This document shows positions 12,690 to 27,035 of a stretch of DNA of 64,000 nt, piece by piece. This stretch comes from Ylistrum balloti (taxonomy: Eukaryota), in NCBI RefSeq assembly GCF_031769215.1, contig NW_026781926.1, forward strand, positions 744,001 to 808,000, read 5' to 3'. The position numbers and the translations under genes are program-made. The notes below the pieces were generated by a model. The model ran no database searches. It was not told the origin of the DNA and saw only the letters and a list, made by a program, of their open reading frames with translations. Within the stretch, counting starts at the first letter, position 1; every line of letters starts with the position of its first letter.

Positions 12690-14663
12690 TTTTTGTTTCT
12701 AAAGATACTTTGAGGTTTGATCTTTGTTTGTTTCTGTAGATACTTTGAGGTTTGATCTTTGTTTGTTTCTGTAGATACTTTGAGGTTTGATCTTTGTATT
12801 TTGTTTCTGTAGATACTTTGAGGTTTGATCTTTGTTTGTTTCTGTAGATACTTTGAGGTTTGATCTTTGTTTGTTTCTGTAGATACTTTGAGGTTTGATC
12901 TTTGTTTGTTTCTGTAGATACTTTGAGGTTTGATCTTTGTTTGTTTCTGTAGATACTTTGAGGTTTGATCTTTGTATTTTGTTTCTGTAGATACTTTGAG
13001 GTTTGATCTTTGTTTGTTTCTGTAGATACTTTGAGGTTTGATCTTTGTATTTTGTTTCTGTAGATACTTTGAGGTTTGATCTTTGTTTCTGTAGATACTT
13101 TGAGGTTTGATCTTTGTTTGTTTCTGTAGATACTTTGAGGTTTGATCTTTGTTTGTTTCTGTAGATACTTTGAGGTTTGATCTTTGTTTGTTTCTGTAGA
13201 TACTTTGAGGTTTGATCTTTGTTTGTTTCTGTAGATACTTTGAGGTTTGATCTTTGTATTTTGTTTCTGTAGATACTTTGAGGTTTGATCTTTGTTTCTG
13301 TAGATACTTTGAGGTTTGATCTTTGTTTGTTTCTGTAGATACTTTGAGGTTTGATCTTTGTTTGTTTCTGTAGATACTTTGAGGTTTGATCTTTGTTTGT
13401 TTCTGTAGATACTTTGAGGTTTGATCTTTGTATTTTGTTTCTGTAGATACTTTGAGGTTTGATCTTTGTATTTTGTTTCTGTAGATACTTTGAGGTTTGA
13501 TCTTTGTTTGTTTCTGTAGATACTTTGAGGTTTGATCTTTGTATTTTGTTTCTGTAGATACTTTGAGGTTTGATCTTTGTTTGTTTCTGTAGATACTTTG
13601 AGGTTTGATCTTTGTTTGTTTCTGTAGATACTTTGAGGTTTGATCTTTGTTTGTTTCTGTAGATACTTTGAGGTTTGATCTTTGTTTGTTTCTGTAGATA
13701 CTTTGAGGTTTGATCTTTGTTTGTTTCTGTAGATACTTTGAGGTTTGATCTTTGTTTGTTTCTGTAGATACTTTGAGGTTTGATCTTTGTTTGTTTCTGT
13801 AGTTACTTTGAGGTTTGATCTTTGTTTGTTTCTGTAGATACTTTGAGGTTTGATCTTTGTTTGTTTCTGTAGATACTTTGAGGTTTGATCTTTGTTTGTT
13901 TCTGTAGATACTTTGAGGTTTGATCTTTGTTTGTTTCTGTAGATACTTTGAGGTTTGATCTTTGTTTGTTTCTGTAGATACTTTGAGGTTTGATCTTTGT
14001 TTGTTTCTGTAGATACTTTGAGGTTTGATCTTTGTTTGTTTCTGTAGATACTTTGAGGTTTGATCTTTGTTTGTTTCTGTAGTTACTTTGAGGTTTGATC
14101 TTTGTTTGTTTCTGTAGATACTTTGAGGTTTGATCTTTGTTTGTTTCTGTAGATACTTTGAGGTTTGATCTTTGTTTGTTTCTGTAGATACTTTGAGGTT
14201 TGATCTTTGTTTGTTTCTGTAGTTACTTTGAGGTTTGATCTTTGTTTGTTTCTGTAGATACTTTGAGGTTTGATCTTTGTTTGTTTCTGTAGATACTTTG
14301 AGGTTTGATCTTTGTTTGTTTCTGTAGATACTTTGAGGTTTGATCTTTGTTTGTTTCTGTAGTTACTTTGAGGTTTGATCTTTGTTTGTTTCTGTAGATA
14401 CTTTGAGGTTTGATCTTTGTTTGTTTCTGTAGATACTTTGAGGTTTGATCTTTGTTTGTTTCTGTAGATACTTTGAGGTTTGATCTTTGTTTCTGTAGTT
14501 ACTTTGAGGTTTGATCTTTGTTTGTTTCTGTAGATACTTTGAGGTTTGATCTTTGTTTGTTTCTGTAGATACTTTGAGGTTTGATCTTTGTATTTTGTTT
14601 CTGTAGATACTTTGAGGTTTGATCTTTGTTTGTTTCTGTAGATACTTTGAGGTTTGATCTTTG
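12690..14663. repeat. T-rich minisatellite, 35-bp unit ctttgaggtttgatctttgtttgtttctgtagata (31- and 38-bp variants)
   Basis: Period 35 (e.g. tgatc at 13921 and 13956); about 55 copies. Confidence 0.98.
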
Positions 14664-15447
14664 CCATTCTTGAAATCCTTAGATTCATTGAACCTTGATG
14701 TTTGAATGTCATGGTATGTATAACTATATTTCAGTGATTTTGTACATATCTTGAAATTAGATCTCTGTGTAGTGTTTCTCTTGATACCTGGCACTAGTTT
14801 GAAAAGTCAATTCTCAAAATTCAAGAGAGTAATAAATTGGACAATTTGAAAACAGAAGAAGTTAGAAGGATAACCCTCCTCTCAAGTGATATGAGATAGA
14901 AACATGTGTGTTTACATGGTCTGTACTGTAGTATGTCACAATGAGATTGTGTCCAAGGTGATGCCATTATTATGATAAATCGTACCTCTCAGCACCTGAT
15001 ATGTTTAGAAGCAAATCTTGCTTGTATTTTGTTCCCTGGATTCATTTTTAACATGTTTTCTGGTAATGCATTAATATCAAGACATGCATTAAGATCATGT
15101 TCATTACACGTATGAAAGAATTTCATTTTTCTTAAATAAATAATGACCAATAAATCAGTGTTAGTTCTTCTACCAAGTCTAATTATAGACTGTGGAGAAG
15201 GTATCTGAAAGGTCGACCATGTGACCTAACAATCCTTTTAGGTATGTGATTTCTACCACAATAACACCCCTCACACTCCTCTAAGTCGACAAGACTCATG
15301 AATTATTGCATGTTGTAAAATAAGTAAGGTTAATATTTAAGTAAGAATTAATTGAAAGTTACTGTGAGTAGGATGTTTTATGATATATGGTTATAATAAT
15401 GGTTGTGTGTTGTGGAATGGTGAGCACTCTGATGGTAAAGTACATAA

Positions 15448-16866
15448 TTCTCCATGTACACATGATTACCATGTACACATGATTTCCATGTACAGATGAT
15501 TTCAATGTACAGATGATTTCCATGTACACATGATTTCGATGTACAGATGATGTACATATGATTTCCATGTACAGATGATGTACAGATGATTTCCATGTAC
15601 ACATGATTTCCATGTACACATGATTTCTATGTACACATGATGTACAGATGATTTCCATGTACAGATGATGTACACATGATTTCCATGTACACATGATTTC
15701 CATGTACACATGATTTCCATGTACACATGATTTCCATGTAAACATGATTTCCATGTACACATGATTTCCATGTACAGATGATGTACACATGATTTCCATG
15801 TACAGATGATTTCCATGTACAGATGATTTCCATGTACAGATGATTTCCATGTACAGATGATGTACAGATGATTTCCATGTACACATGATTTCCATGTACA
15901 GATGATTTCCATGTACAGATGATGTACAGATGATTTCCATGTACACATGATTTCCATGTACAGATGATGTACAGATGATTTCCATGTACACATGATTTCC
16001 ATGTACAGATGATGTACAGATGATTTCCATGTACACATGATTTCCATGTACAGATGATGTACACATGATTTCCATGTACAGATGATTTCCATGTACACAT
16101 GATTTCCATGTACACATGATTTCCATGTACAGATGATGTACAGATGATTTCCATGTACACATGATTTCCATGTACACATGATTTCCATGTACACATGATG
16201 TACACATGATTTCCATGTACAGATGATGTACAGATGATTTCCATGTACACATGATTTCCATGTACAGATGATTTCCATGTACAGATGATGTACAGATGAT
16301 TTCCATGTACACATGATTTCCATGTACAGATGATTTCCATGTACAGATGATTTCCATGTACAGATGATTTCCATGTACACATGATTTCCATGTACACATG
16401 ATTTCCATGTACAGATGATGTACACATGATTTCCATGTACAGATGATTTCCATGTACACATGATTTCCATGTACACATGATGTACACATGATTTCCATGT
16501 ACACATGATTTCCATGTGCAGATGATTTCCATGTACAGATGATGTACACATGATTTCCATGTAAGCATGATTTCCATGTACAGATGATGTACAGATGATT
16601 TCCATGTACACATGATGTACAGATGATTTCCATGTACACATGATTTCCATGTACACATGATTTCCATGTAAGCATGATTTCCATGTACACATGATTTCCA
16701 TGTATAGATGATGTACAGATGATTTCCATGTACAGATGATGTACACATGATTTCCATGTACACATGATTTCCATGTAAGCATGATTTCCATGTACACATG
16801 ATTTCCATGTATAGATGATGTACAGATGATTTCCATGTACAGATGATGTACAGATGATTTCCATGT
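15448..16866. repeat. Minisatellite mixing 17-bp (atttccatgtaca(c/g)atg) and 11-bp (atgtacagatg) units
   Basis: Direct tandem copies ending 8 bp before exon A. Confidence 0.97.
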
Positions 16867-16874
16867 AGTTTCAG

Positions 16875-16989
16875 GTAAAGATGTCAAAGAAGATCAAGAG
16901 CAGATGGCAGATTCAACATCTCAGCCAGGAGAGGAACCGGAGGGGGAGGAACCGGAGGGGGAGGACCAAGAGGAGGATGGCCAGGAAAG
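16875..16989 (+). CDS. CAAP1: Internal coding exon A (115 bp), acidic linker: (G)KDVKEDQEQMADSTSQPGEEPEGEEPEGEDQEEDGQE(S)
   Basis: Acceptor tttcag ends at 16874 and donor AAAG|gtaagt starts at 16990. It is a purine-rich open frame, 2+111+2 nt, phase-compatible with the next exon. The track ORF 16881..17132 is in a different frame. Confidence 0.8.
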
Positions 16990-17067
16990 GTAAGTACACC
17001 ATGTTCTACACTTCACATCTACCTATCTTCATAAACTTCTTTTGTAACAAAATATCACAACTTACTT

Positions 17068-20000
17068 GTGTCTTCTTACAACTAGGTAGACTTCTGTCAC
17101 GGCTCACTGGTGTCTACTCACTGTCCAGGTAGATTTCTTCTGTCCCATCGCATTGGTGTCTTCTCACTGTCCTGATAGACTTCCTCTGTCCAATCTCACT
17201 AGTGTCTTCTCACTGTCCAGGTAGACTTCCTCTGTCCCATCTCACTGGTGTCTTCTCACCCTCCAGGTAGACTTCCTCTATCCCATCTCACTGGTGTCTT
17301 CTCACTGTCCTGATAGATTTCCTCTGTCCCATCTCACAGGTGTCTTCTCACCCTCCAGGTAGACTTCCTCTATCCCATCTCACTGGTGTCTTCTCACTGT
17401 CCTGATAGATTTCCTCTGTCCCATCTCACAGGTGTCTTCTCACCCTCCAGGTAGACTTCCTCTGTCCCATCTCACTGGTGTCTTCTCACTGTCCTGATAG
17501 ATTTCTTCTGTCCCATCTCACTGGTGTCTTCTCACTCTCAAGGTAGACTTCCTCTCTCCCATCTCACTGGTGTCTTCTCACTGTCCAGGTAGACTTCCTT
17601 TGTCCCCATCTCACTGGTGTCTTCTCACCCTCCAGGTAGACTTCCTCTGTCCCATCTCACTGGTGTCTTCTCACTGTCCTGATAGATTTCCTCTGTCCCA
17701 TCTCACTGGTGTCTTCTCACTCTCCAGGTAGACTTCCTCTGTCCCATCTCACTGGTGTCTTCTCACTGTCCAGGTAGACTTCCTCTGTCCCCATCTCACT
17801 GGTGTCTTCTCACCCTCCAGGTAGACTTCCTCTGTCCCATCTCACTGGTATCTTCTCACTGTCCGGGTAGACTTCCTCTGTCCCATCTCACTGGTGTCTT
17901 CTCACTGTCCAGGTAGACTTCCTCTGTCCCATCTCACTGGTATCTTCTCACTGTCCAGGTAGACTTCCTCTGTCCCATCTCACTGGTGTCTTCTCACTGT
18001 CCTGATAGATTTCCTCTGTCCCATCTCACTGGTGTCTTCTCACTCTCCTGATAGACTTCCTCTGTCCCATCTCACTGGTGTCTTCTCACTGTCCAGGTAG
18101 ACTTCCTCTGTCCCATCTCACTGGTGTCTTCTCACTGTCCAGGTAGACTTCCTCTGTCCCATCTCACTGGTGTCTTCTCACTGTCCTGATAGACTTCCTC
18201 TGTCCCATCTCACTGGTGTCTTCTCACTGTCCTGATAGACTTCCTCTGTCCCATCTCACTGGTGTCTTCTCACTCTCCAGGTAGACTTCCTCTGTCCCAT
18301 CTCACTGGTGTCTTCTCACTGTCCAGGTAGACTTCCTCTGTCCCATCTCACTGGTATCTTCTCACTGTCCAGGTAGACTTCTTCTGTCCCATCTCACTGG
18401 TGTCTTCTCACTGTCCAGGTAGACTTCCTCTGTCCCATCTCACTGGTGTCTTCTCACTGTCCTGATAGATTTCTTCTGTCCCATCTCACTGGTGTCTTCT
18501 CACTCTCAAGGTAGACTTCCTCTCTCCCATCTCAGGTAGACTTCCTCTGTCCCATCTCACTGGTGTCTTCTCACTGTCCAGGTAGACTTCCTCTATCCCA
18601 TCTCACTGGTGTCTTCTCACTGTCCTGATAGATTTCCTCTGTCCCATCTCACTGGTGTCTTCTCACTCTCCTGATAGACTTCCTCTGTCCCATCTCACTG
18701 GTGTCTTCTCACTGTCCAGGTAGACTTCCTCTGTCCCATCTCACTGGTGTCTTCTCACTGTCCAGGTAGACTTCCTCTCCCATCTCACTGGTGTCCCATC
18801 TCACTGGTGTCTTCTCACTGTCCTGATAGACTTCCTCTGTCCCATCTCACTGGTGTCTTCTCACTCTGTCCCATCTCACTGGTGTCTTCCTCTCCTCTGT
18901 CCCATCTCACTGGTGTCTTCTCACTGTCCAGGTAGACTTCCTCTGTCCCATCTCACTAGTGTCTTCTCACTGTCTGATAGACTTCCTCTGTCCCATCTCA
19001 CTGGTGTCTTCTCACCCTCCAGGTAGACTTCCTCTGTCCCATCTCACTGGTGTCTTCTCACTGTCCTGATAGATTTCCTCTGTCCCATCTCACTGGTGTC
19101 TTCTCACTGTCCAGGTAGACTTCCTCTCTCCCATCTCACTGGTGTCTTCTCACTGTCCAGGTAGACTTCCTCTGTCCCATCTCACTGGTGTCTTCTCACT
19201 CTATAGATAGACTTCCTCTGTCCCATCTCACTGGTGTCTTCTCACTGTCCTGATAGACTTCCTCTGTCCCATCTCACTGGTGTCTTCTCACTGTCCTGAT
19301 AGACTTCCTCTGTCCCATCTCACTGGTGTCTTCTCACTGTCCAGGTAGACTTCCTCTGTCCCATCTCACTAGTGTCTTCTCACTGTCCAGGTAGACTTCC
19401 TCTATCCCATCTCACAGGTGTCTTCTCACTGTCCTGATAGACTTCCTCTGTCCCATCTCACTGGTGTCTTCTCGCTGTCCTGATAGACTTCCTCTGTCCC
19501 ATCTCACTGGTGTCCCCTCTGTCCCATCTCACTGGTGTCTTCTCACTGTCCAGGTAGACTTCCTCTGTCCCATCTCACTGGTGTCTTCTCACTGTCCTGA
19601 TAGACTTCCTCTGTCCCATCTCACTGGTGTCTTCTCACTCTATAGATAGACTTCCTCTCTCCCATCTCACTGGTGTCTTCTCACTGTCCAGGTAGACTTC
19701 CTCTGTCCCATCTCACTGGTGTCTTCTCACTGTCCTGATAGACTTCCTCTGTCCCATCTCACTGGTGTCTTCTCACTCTATACTGGTAGTCTTCTCACTG
19801 TCCTGACTTCCTCTGTCCCATCTCACTGGTGTCTTCTCACTGTCCTGATAGACTTCCTCTGTCCCATCTCACTGGTGTCTTCTCACTCTATAGATAGACT
19901 TCCTCTGTCCCATCTCACTGGTGTCTTCTCACTGTCCAGGTAGACTTCCTCTGTCCCATCTCACTGGTGTCTTCTCACTGTCCTTATAGACTTCCTCTAT

Positions 20001-20370
20001 CCCATCTCACTGGTGTCTTCTCACTGTCCTGATAGACTTCCTCTGTCCCATCTCACTGGTGTCTTCTCACTGTCCTGATAGACTTCCTCTGTCCCATCTC
20101 ACTGGTGTCTTCTCACTGTCCTGATAGACTTCCTCTGTCCCATCTCACTGGTGTCTTCTCACTGTCCAGGTAGACTTCCTCTGTCCCATCTCACTGGTGT
20201 CTTCTCACTGTCCAGGTAGACTTCCTCTATCCCATCTCACTGGTATCTTCTCACTGTCCTGATAGACTTCCTCTGTCTCATCTCACTGGTATCTTCTCAC
20301 TGTCCTGATAGACTTCCTCTGTCTCATCTCACTGGTATCTTCTCACTGTCCTGATAGATTTCCTCTGTCT
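17068..20370. repeat. Pyrimidine-rich minisatellite, 46-bp unit ggtagacttcctctgtcccatctcactggtgtcttctcactgtcca (variant ...gtcctgatagac)
   Basis: Period 46 (ctctgtccca at 20041 and 20087); about 70 copies. Confidence 0.98.
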
Positions 20371-20399
20371 TCCTGATCTATACCCTTTGTATATAATAA

Positions 20400-20800
20400 A
20401 TTACCATGAATTTCCACTTTCCACAATTTGATACCTTACAATATATCCTACTTGAGTTACCACCATCTCTCATCTTTTCTCATCCCATCTTCTCTCTCCC
20501 CCCATCTGTTCTTTTCTTCGTCCCTTACACATCATCAACTCTCTTCTTCCTTCTTTCCCCATTCAACTCCTCAACCTTATCTCTCTCCTGCACCGAATCA
20601 TTTCTCTTCTTCCTGTTTATCATGGCCTTTCTTTCCCCCCATCAAATTATCTCTCTCCTTCCTCTACCCCAATGCTTTCTACCTCTCTTTTCATCTCTTT
20701 TCTTTGGATTAAAAGAAGAGTTTGATCTTAAATATTTTTTTACCCTGCATCTGAGTCTTAGTTGTGTTCCCTCCCCCCTCCTCCCAATATTGACTCTTTG
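20400..20800. repeat. CT-rich low-complexity tract
   Basis: Nearly continuous pyrimidines on the + strand with no clear period. Confidence 0.7.
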
Positions 20801-21957
20801 ACAAGAAAATATTTAAATACTATGTATATGATTTACATTGTGTTTTTATCATTACTGCACAAAATGTTGATTCCTGTTGTTATTGACAGAGTTTAGACAT
20901 GGTATCAGTTACAAGGATCTCTTAATTCTTACACAAGAAATAACGCATGCTAATGTTTCCTCATGCCGATTACATTCATTATACATGATTTAACCTAACC
21001 GATCATGACATTTAGACGTCTGATATCCATTTGTCACAAATGTAACGGAACATATTATACAATATGAATACATTTGGGGAATACAAAAATATTGACGGAC
21101 ACAAGTCCAGCAGCAGTCAATAGGTGGAGATCTGAACCTAACTCCTATGGGAGCAAAATTAGTTTGTAAAGAGGTGGATGGTAGGGTTCATGGACATTGT
21201 TATTCGCGCTTTAAAACATTGAAACAGTTACACAATCTGGATTTTTTTAAACAATATTTCATATCACATCTAAATATTTGTGTTAAATTAACTCTGGTTG
21301 ACGGCTGTAAGGGTCATTTCAGAAGCGATAAAATTTTGATTTCTTTTTTTGGGGGTCTCCTCACAACTTTTGCTGAATCTTAGGCAATTGACTTTATTGA
21401 AAATCATCATGAGGTTCCTACTTATCAATTCAAATTTCATTTGGAAATCTGAATTTAGAATCCAGCAACGATATCAAAACCAAACATTAAAATGTCATGA
21501 ATTCAAAAATAAAGCTATAGCTGTATCTCTGTAGATAAAAAAATACTTTTTTATGATAAAACCACTTTTATCTTTCCTAGGTTTTTATCAGTTTACTAAC
21601 CGAAAGACTTAACTGTAAGAAACTTAAAACCATCAATTATATCTTCATTATGGAAATGATACAGAGAACCAGGGGGTGGCTGGTCCAGGGGTGAACGACC
21701 TAATACCTGTATCATTCAAAATATGGTACAAGCCAGACCATTAAAACATATAGGAGACCATCAGTGGGATTACACCTCATGTGGCCTGTGTTTACAAAAG
21801 TTTTCAGATTCATACACAAATCAAATTCCAGTTTGGTCGTGATCGTTTTTAGAGCTGACTTGAAAAAGTTCTTCTCTACTAGAATGTTAAATTTATAATG
21901 GTTCTCAAGTCCTGGATAGAATAAATGGCTGTATGATTTCTTACTTTATTTAATGGC

Positions 21958-24470
21958 ACAGAGACTTGATACCATTAAAACGCACCTACAACTCTCCCCT
22001 ATGGGAATGTTATAGAGACTTGATACCATTAAAACACACCTACAACTCTCCCCTATGATTGGGAATGTTATAGAGACTTGATACCATTAAAACACACCTA
22101 CAACTCTCCCCTATGATTGGGAATGTTATAGAGACTTGATACCATTAAAACACACCTACAACTCTCCCCTATGGGAATGTTACAGAGACTTGATACCATT
22201 AAAACACACCTACAACTCTCGCCTATGGGAATGTTATAGAGACTTGATACCATTAAAACACACCTACAACTCTCCCCTATGGGAATGTTATAGAGACTTG
22301 ATACTCTACCCTATGGGAATGTTATAGAGACTTGATACCATTAAAACACACCTACAACTCTCCCCTATGGGAATGTTATAGAGACTTGATACCATTAAAA
22401 CACACCTACAACTCTCCCCTATGGGAATGTTACAGAGACTTGATATCATTAAAACACACCTACAACTCTCCCCTATGGGAATGTTATAGAGACTTGATAC
22501 CATTAAAACGCACCTACAACTCTCCCCTATGGGAATGTTATAGAGACTTGATACCATTATAACACACCTACAACTCTCCCCTATGATTGGGAATGTTATA
22601 GAGACTTGACACCATTAAAACACACCTACAACTCTCCCCTATGATTGGGAATGTTATAGAGACTTGATACCATTAAAACACACCTACAACTCTCCCCTAT
22701 GGGAATGTTACAGAGACTTGATATCATTAAAACACACCTACAACACTCCCCTATGATTGGGAATGTTACAGAGACTTGATACCATTAAAACACACCTACA
22801 ACTCTCCCCTATGGGAATGTTATAGAGACTTGATACCATTAAAACACACCTACAACTCTCCCCTATGGGAATGTTATAGAGACTTGATACCATTAAAACA
22901 CACCTACAACTCTCCCCTATGGGAATGTTACAGAGACTTGATACCATTAAAACACACCTACAACTCTCCCCTATGGGAATGTTACAGAGACTTGATACCA
23001 TTAAAACACACCTACAACTCTCCCCTATGGGAATGTTATAGAGACTTGATACCATTAAAACACACCTACAACTCTCCCCTATGGGAATGTTATAGAGACT
23101 TGATACCATTAAAACACACCTACAACTCTCCCCTATGATTGGGAATGTTATAGAGACTTGATACCATTAAAACACACCTACAACTCTCGCCTATGGGAAT
23201 GTTATAGAGACTTGATACCATTAAAACACACCTACAACTCTCCCCTATGGGAATGTTACAGAGACTTGATACCATTAAAACACACCTACAACTCTCCCCT
23301 ATGGGAATGTTATAGAGACTTGATACCATTAAAACACACCTACAACTTTCCCCTATGATTGGGAATGTTACAGAGTATCATTATAACACACCTACAACTT
23401 TCCCCTATGATTGGGAATGTTACAGAGACTTGATACCATTAAAACACACCTACAACTCTCCCCTATGGGAATGTTATAGAGACTTGATACCATTCATCAA
23501 AACACACCTACAACTCTCCCCAATGGGAATGTTACAGAGACTTGATATCATTAAAACACACCTACAACTCTCCCCTATGGGAATGTTACAGAGACTTGAT
23601 ACCATTAAAACACACCTACAGCTCTCCCCTATGGGAATGTTACAGAGACTTGATACCATTAAAACACACCTACAACTCTCCCCTATGGGAATGATACAGA
23701 GACTTGACACCATTAAAACACACCTACAACTCTCCCCTATGGGAATGTTATAGAGACTTGATACCATTAAAACACACCTACAACTCTCCCCTATGGGAAT
23801 GATACAGAGACTTGACACCATTAAAACACACCTACAACTCTCCCCTATGGGAATGATACAGAGACTTGATACCATTAAAACACACCTACAACTCTCCCCT
23901 ATGGGAATGATACAGAGACTTGATACCATTAAAACACACCTACAACTCTCGCCTATGGGAATGTTATAGAGACTTGATACCATTATAACACATCTACAAC
24001 TCTCCCCTATGATTGGGAATGTTACAGAGACTTGATACCATTAAAACACACCTACAACTCTCCCCTATGGGAATGTTACAGAGACTTGATACCATTAAAA
24101 CACACCTACAACTCTCCCCTATGGGAATGTTATAGAGACTTGATACCATTATAACACATCTACAACTCTCCCCTATGATTGGGAATGTTATAGAGACTTG
24201 ATACCATTAAAACACACCTACAACTCTCCCCTATGATTGGGAATGTTATAGAGACTTGATACCATTAAAACACACCTACAACTCTCCCCTATGGGAATGT
24301 TACAGAGACTTGATACCATTAAAACACACCTACAACTCTCCCCTATGGGAATGATACAGAGACTTGACACCATTAAAACACACCTACAACTCTCCCCTAT
24401 GATTGGGAATGATACAGAGACTTGATACCATTATAACACACCATTAAAACACACCTACAACTTTTCCCTA
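21958..24470. repeat. Minisatellite, 54-bp unit gagacttgataccattaaaacacacctacaactctcccctatgggaatgttata (58-bp variant with a 4-bp insertion)
   Basis: Direct tandem copies; the track shows the 18-aa repeat DLIPLKHTYNSPLWECYR. Confidence 0.98.
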
Positions 24471-25124
24471 CCCATGTATAACTGTTCACATCCATTAAGG
24501 CCTTCCTATTCTGGTTTATTTGATGTGAAACACTCATAAAAGAGATAAAAGTATTAATTATTTGTCTGAATATGTTGAAATGTTTATATTTATTGCAGGT
24601 GATTGGTCTGATAAGGTTTAGAGAAATCCTAATCTTAGTAATATTTCAACGGTATTGTTATAGGTGTCAGAACAAAAAAACACAGCTGATTGTCAGAATC
24701 CAGCATGTTTTTGGCATTGTTTTTTAATTATAAATGTGAAGTTGTGCCAAGAGGACTAAGAATGTACAAGTTTAAATCAATATTGCCCAATGTACACCAC
24801 TATAGACAGCGTGTGGACGAGCCATGGGTAATCTGGCAGGATCATGCTAGTTTTATGGCAGACTATTAATGGAATTTTCTACATGCAAGCATGTGTTCAA
24901 CACACCTACACTTTATACTCCAAAAAAAAATCTGTCTTTAAAAATCATATAGAATAATGAATTTTTTTTCATGATAAAATGATAAATATCTTAAAATCAA
25001 TTTGTTTTATCAATGAGATAATCATATGAAGAAGACATTGACTGCAAAGCGAAAATAGAATTTTGTTGATTTATATATTTCTGTTTTTGTTGTAATTGTG
25101 TCTGTTTATTTGAAACCTCAGAAT

Positions 25125-25875
25125 ATGTGGTATTTCTGTTAATATGATATTTCTGTTTATGTCATATTTCTGTTTATGTGATAATTCTGTTAATGTAATA
25201 TTTCTGTTAATTTGATATTTCTGTTTATGTAATATTTCTGTTTATGTCATATTTCTGTTTATGTAATATTTCTGTTAATGTGTTACTTCTGTTCATGTAA
25301 TATTTCTGGTAATGTGATATTTCTGTTTATGTGATAATTTTGTTAATGTAATATTTCTGTTAATATGATATTTCTGTTTATGTAATATTTCTGTTAATGT
25401 AATATTTCTGTTTATGTAATATTTCTGTTCATGTGATACTTCTGTTGATGTAATATTTCTGTTAATATGATATTTCTGTTTATGCCATATTTCTGTTTAT
25501 GTCATATTTCTGTTAATGTAATATTTCTCTTAATGTGATATTTCTGTTTATGTAATATTTCTCTTAATGTGATAATTCTGTTAATGTAATATTTCTGTTA
25601 ATGTAATATTTCTGTTAATATGATAATTCTGTTAATGTAATATTTCTGTTAATATGATATTTCTGTTTATGCCATATTTCTGTTTATGTCATACTTCTGT
25701 TTATGTAATATTTCTGTTAATGTGATATTTCTGTTAATGTAATATTTCTGTTTATGTCATATTTCTGTTTATGTAATATTTCTGTTAATGTGATATTTCT
25801 GTTTATGTAATATTTCAGTTTATGTAATATTTCTGTTAATGTGATATTTATGATTTCTGTTTATATGATATTTCT
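25125..25875. repeat. AT-rich minisatellite, 17-bp unit atatttctgtt(a/t)atgt(a/g/c)
   Basis: Period 17 (tttctg at 25201 and 25218). Confidence 0.95.
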
Positions 25876-27035
25876 TCTAACATGACACATCAGAATATAT
25901 CTGTTTATGTGGTGTCTTTGTTTAACGTATATCCCTCAAGAGGAAATGATTCAGTGATTAATGATTAACGATTAAAGTTGAAAAACATCTTTTTTTCCTT
26001 GTAAGCAGAATCATCATCACTACTATCAATCGTCTGAAACAACTTTTACATCTGAAGATTGTTTTTGATTAAGATACAAAATGATTCATAAAAATATGTA
26101 AATGTTAGACGTGTAGATGATGACAAGGAATCCTGCAGTGTTAACTGTGTCACCAGTCACAAATAGAATTGTCTGGGCAGCTCCAAATTACAAGTCAGAT
26201 GGAATGCTGTCCAGTTTCCGTGACAACCTGGCCAACCTTTCACCAACCACTTTGTCTGTGATTATTTTCTGAATAAAAAACATAAGCAACGGATAAAGAG
26301 TTAATTGTAATTCCTAAAAATAACCAAACATATCAGTATACAATGACATTATTCCAGAATTATTTTTTTTATTGAAAAAACTTTATCTATTTTCTGTTTA
26401 TCCATTACAAAATTGTGTGAAAATATCATATATGAAAAATGAATTATGAGGAAGCATTATGAAATAATTTTTGCGTTATTTTCTTTTTAATAACCATTAG
26501 TAGTAGACTATGTACTGCAGTATACCTGTTTAGCTGACCATGCATATAAGGTGCATTATAAGTTACCTAACACTTGTGTACAATACATGTATAACTTGAT
26601 ACTTTAATGGTTAGCAGATCTGTCTCTTCCAAAAGTAATGCAATTTCTGTTTGTAATAACATTTGACATGCTAGATGTCACATGGTAATTGATTATAATG
26701 TTTCACTCCAAAATTCTACATTAGAGAAAAGAAAAACCAAACGAAACATGCATGACCATTTATGATTGAAGTAGGCAGATAATAAAATGATGCTTTAACA
26801 AAACTGTGGTGTTTTAACTTTCAGAACTCACCAGTCATCTGGCATTTCTGGTATAAAAATTCTTATGTAAATATTGTATTTGTCATCAGTTGTGTTTTTT
26901 TTTCTTCTTTTTTTTTCTCAATATTTTATTGCCCCAGAACATTTAAACATATAGACTACTGCCAGGGCTGGGACCCTGAATACAGCATCTGTGCAATTGT
27001 GTCCTCATGCAAGAGGACCGTCATTCAACTGTGAA

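Noticed and set aside
16881-17132. Basic R/K-rich ORF (MSKKIKSRW...) that looks like a nuclear peptide
   Set aside because: It is an alternative frame of exon A; only the acidic frame is phase-compatible with exon B.
20406-20801. Hydrophobic L/S/F/P ORFs that look like membrane proteins
   Set aside because: They are translations of a CT-rich low-complexity tract; the minus-strand frames checked contain stops.
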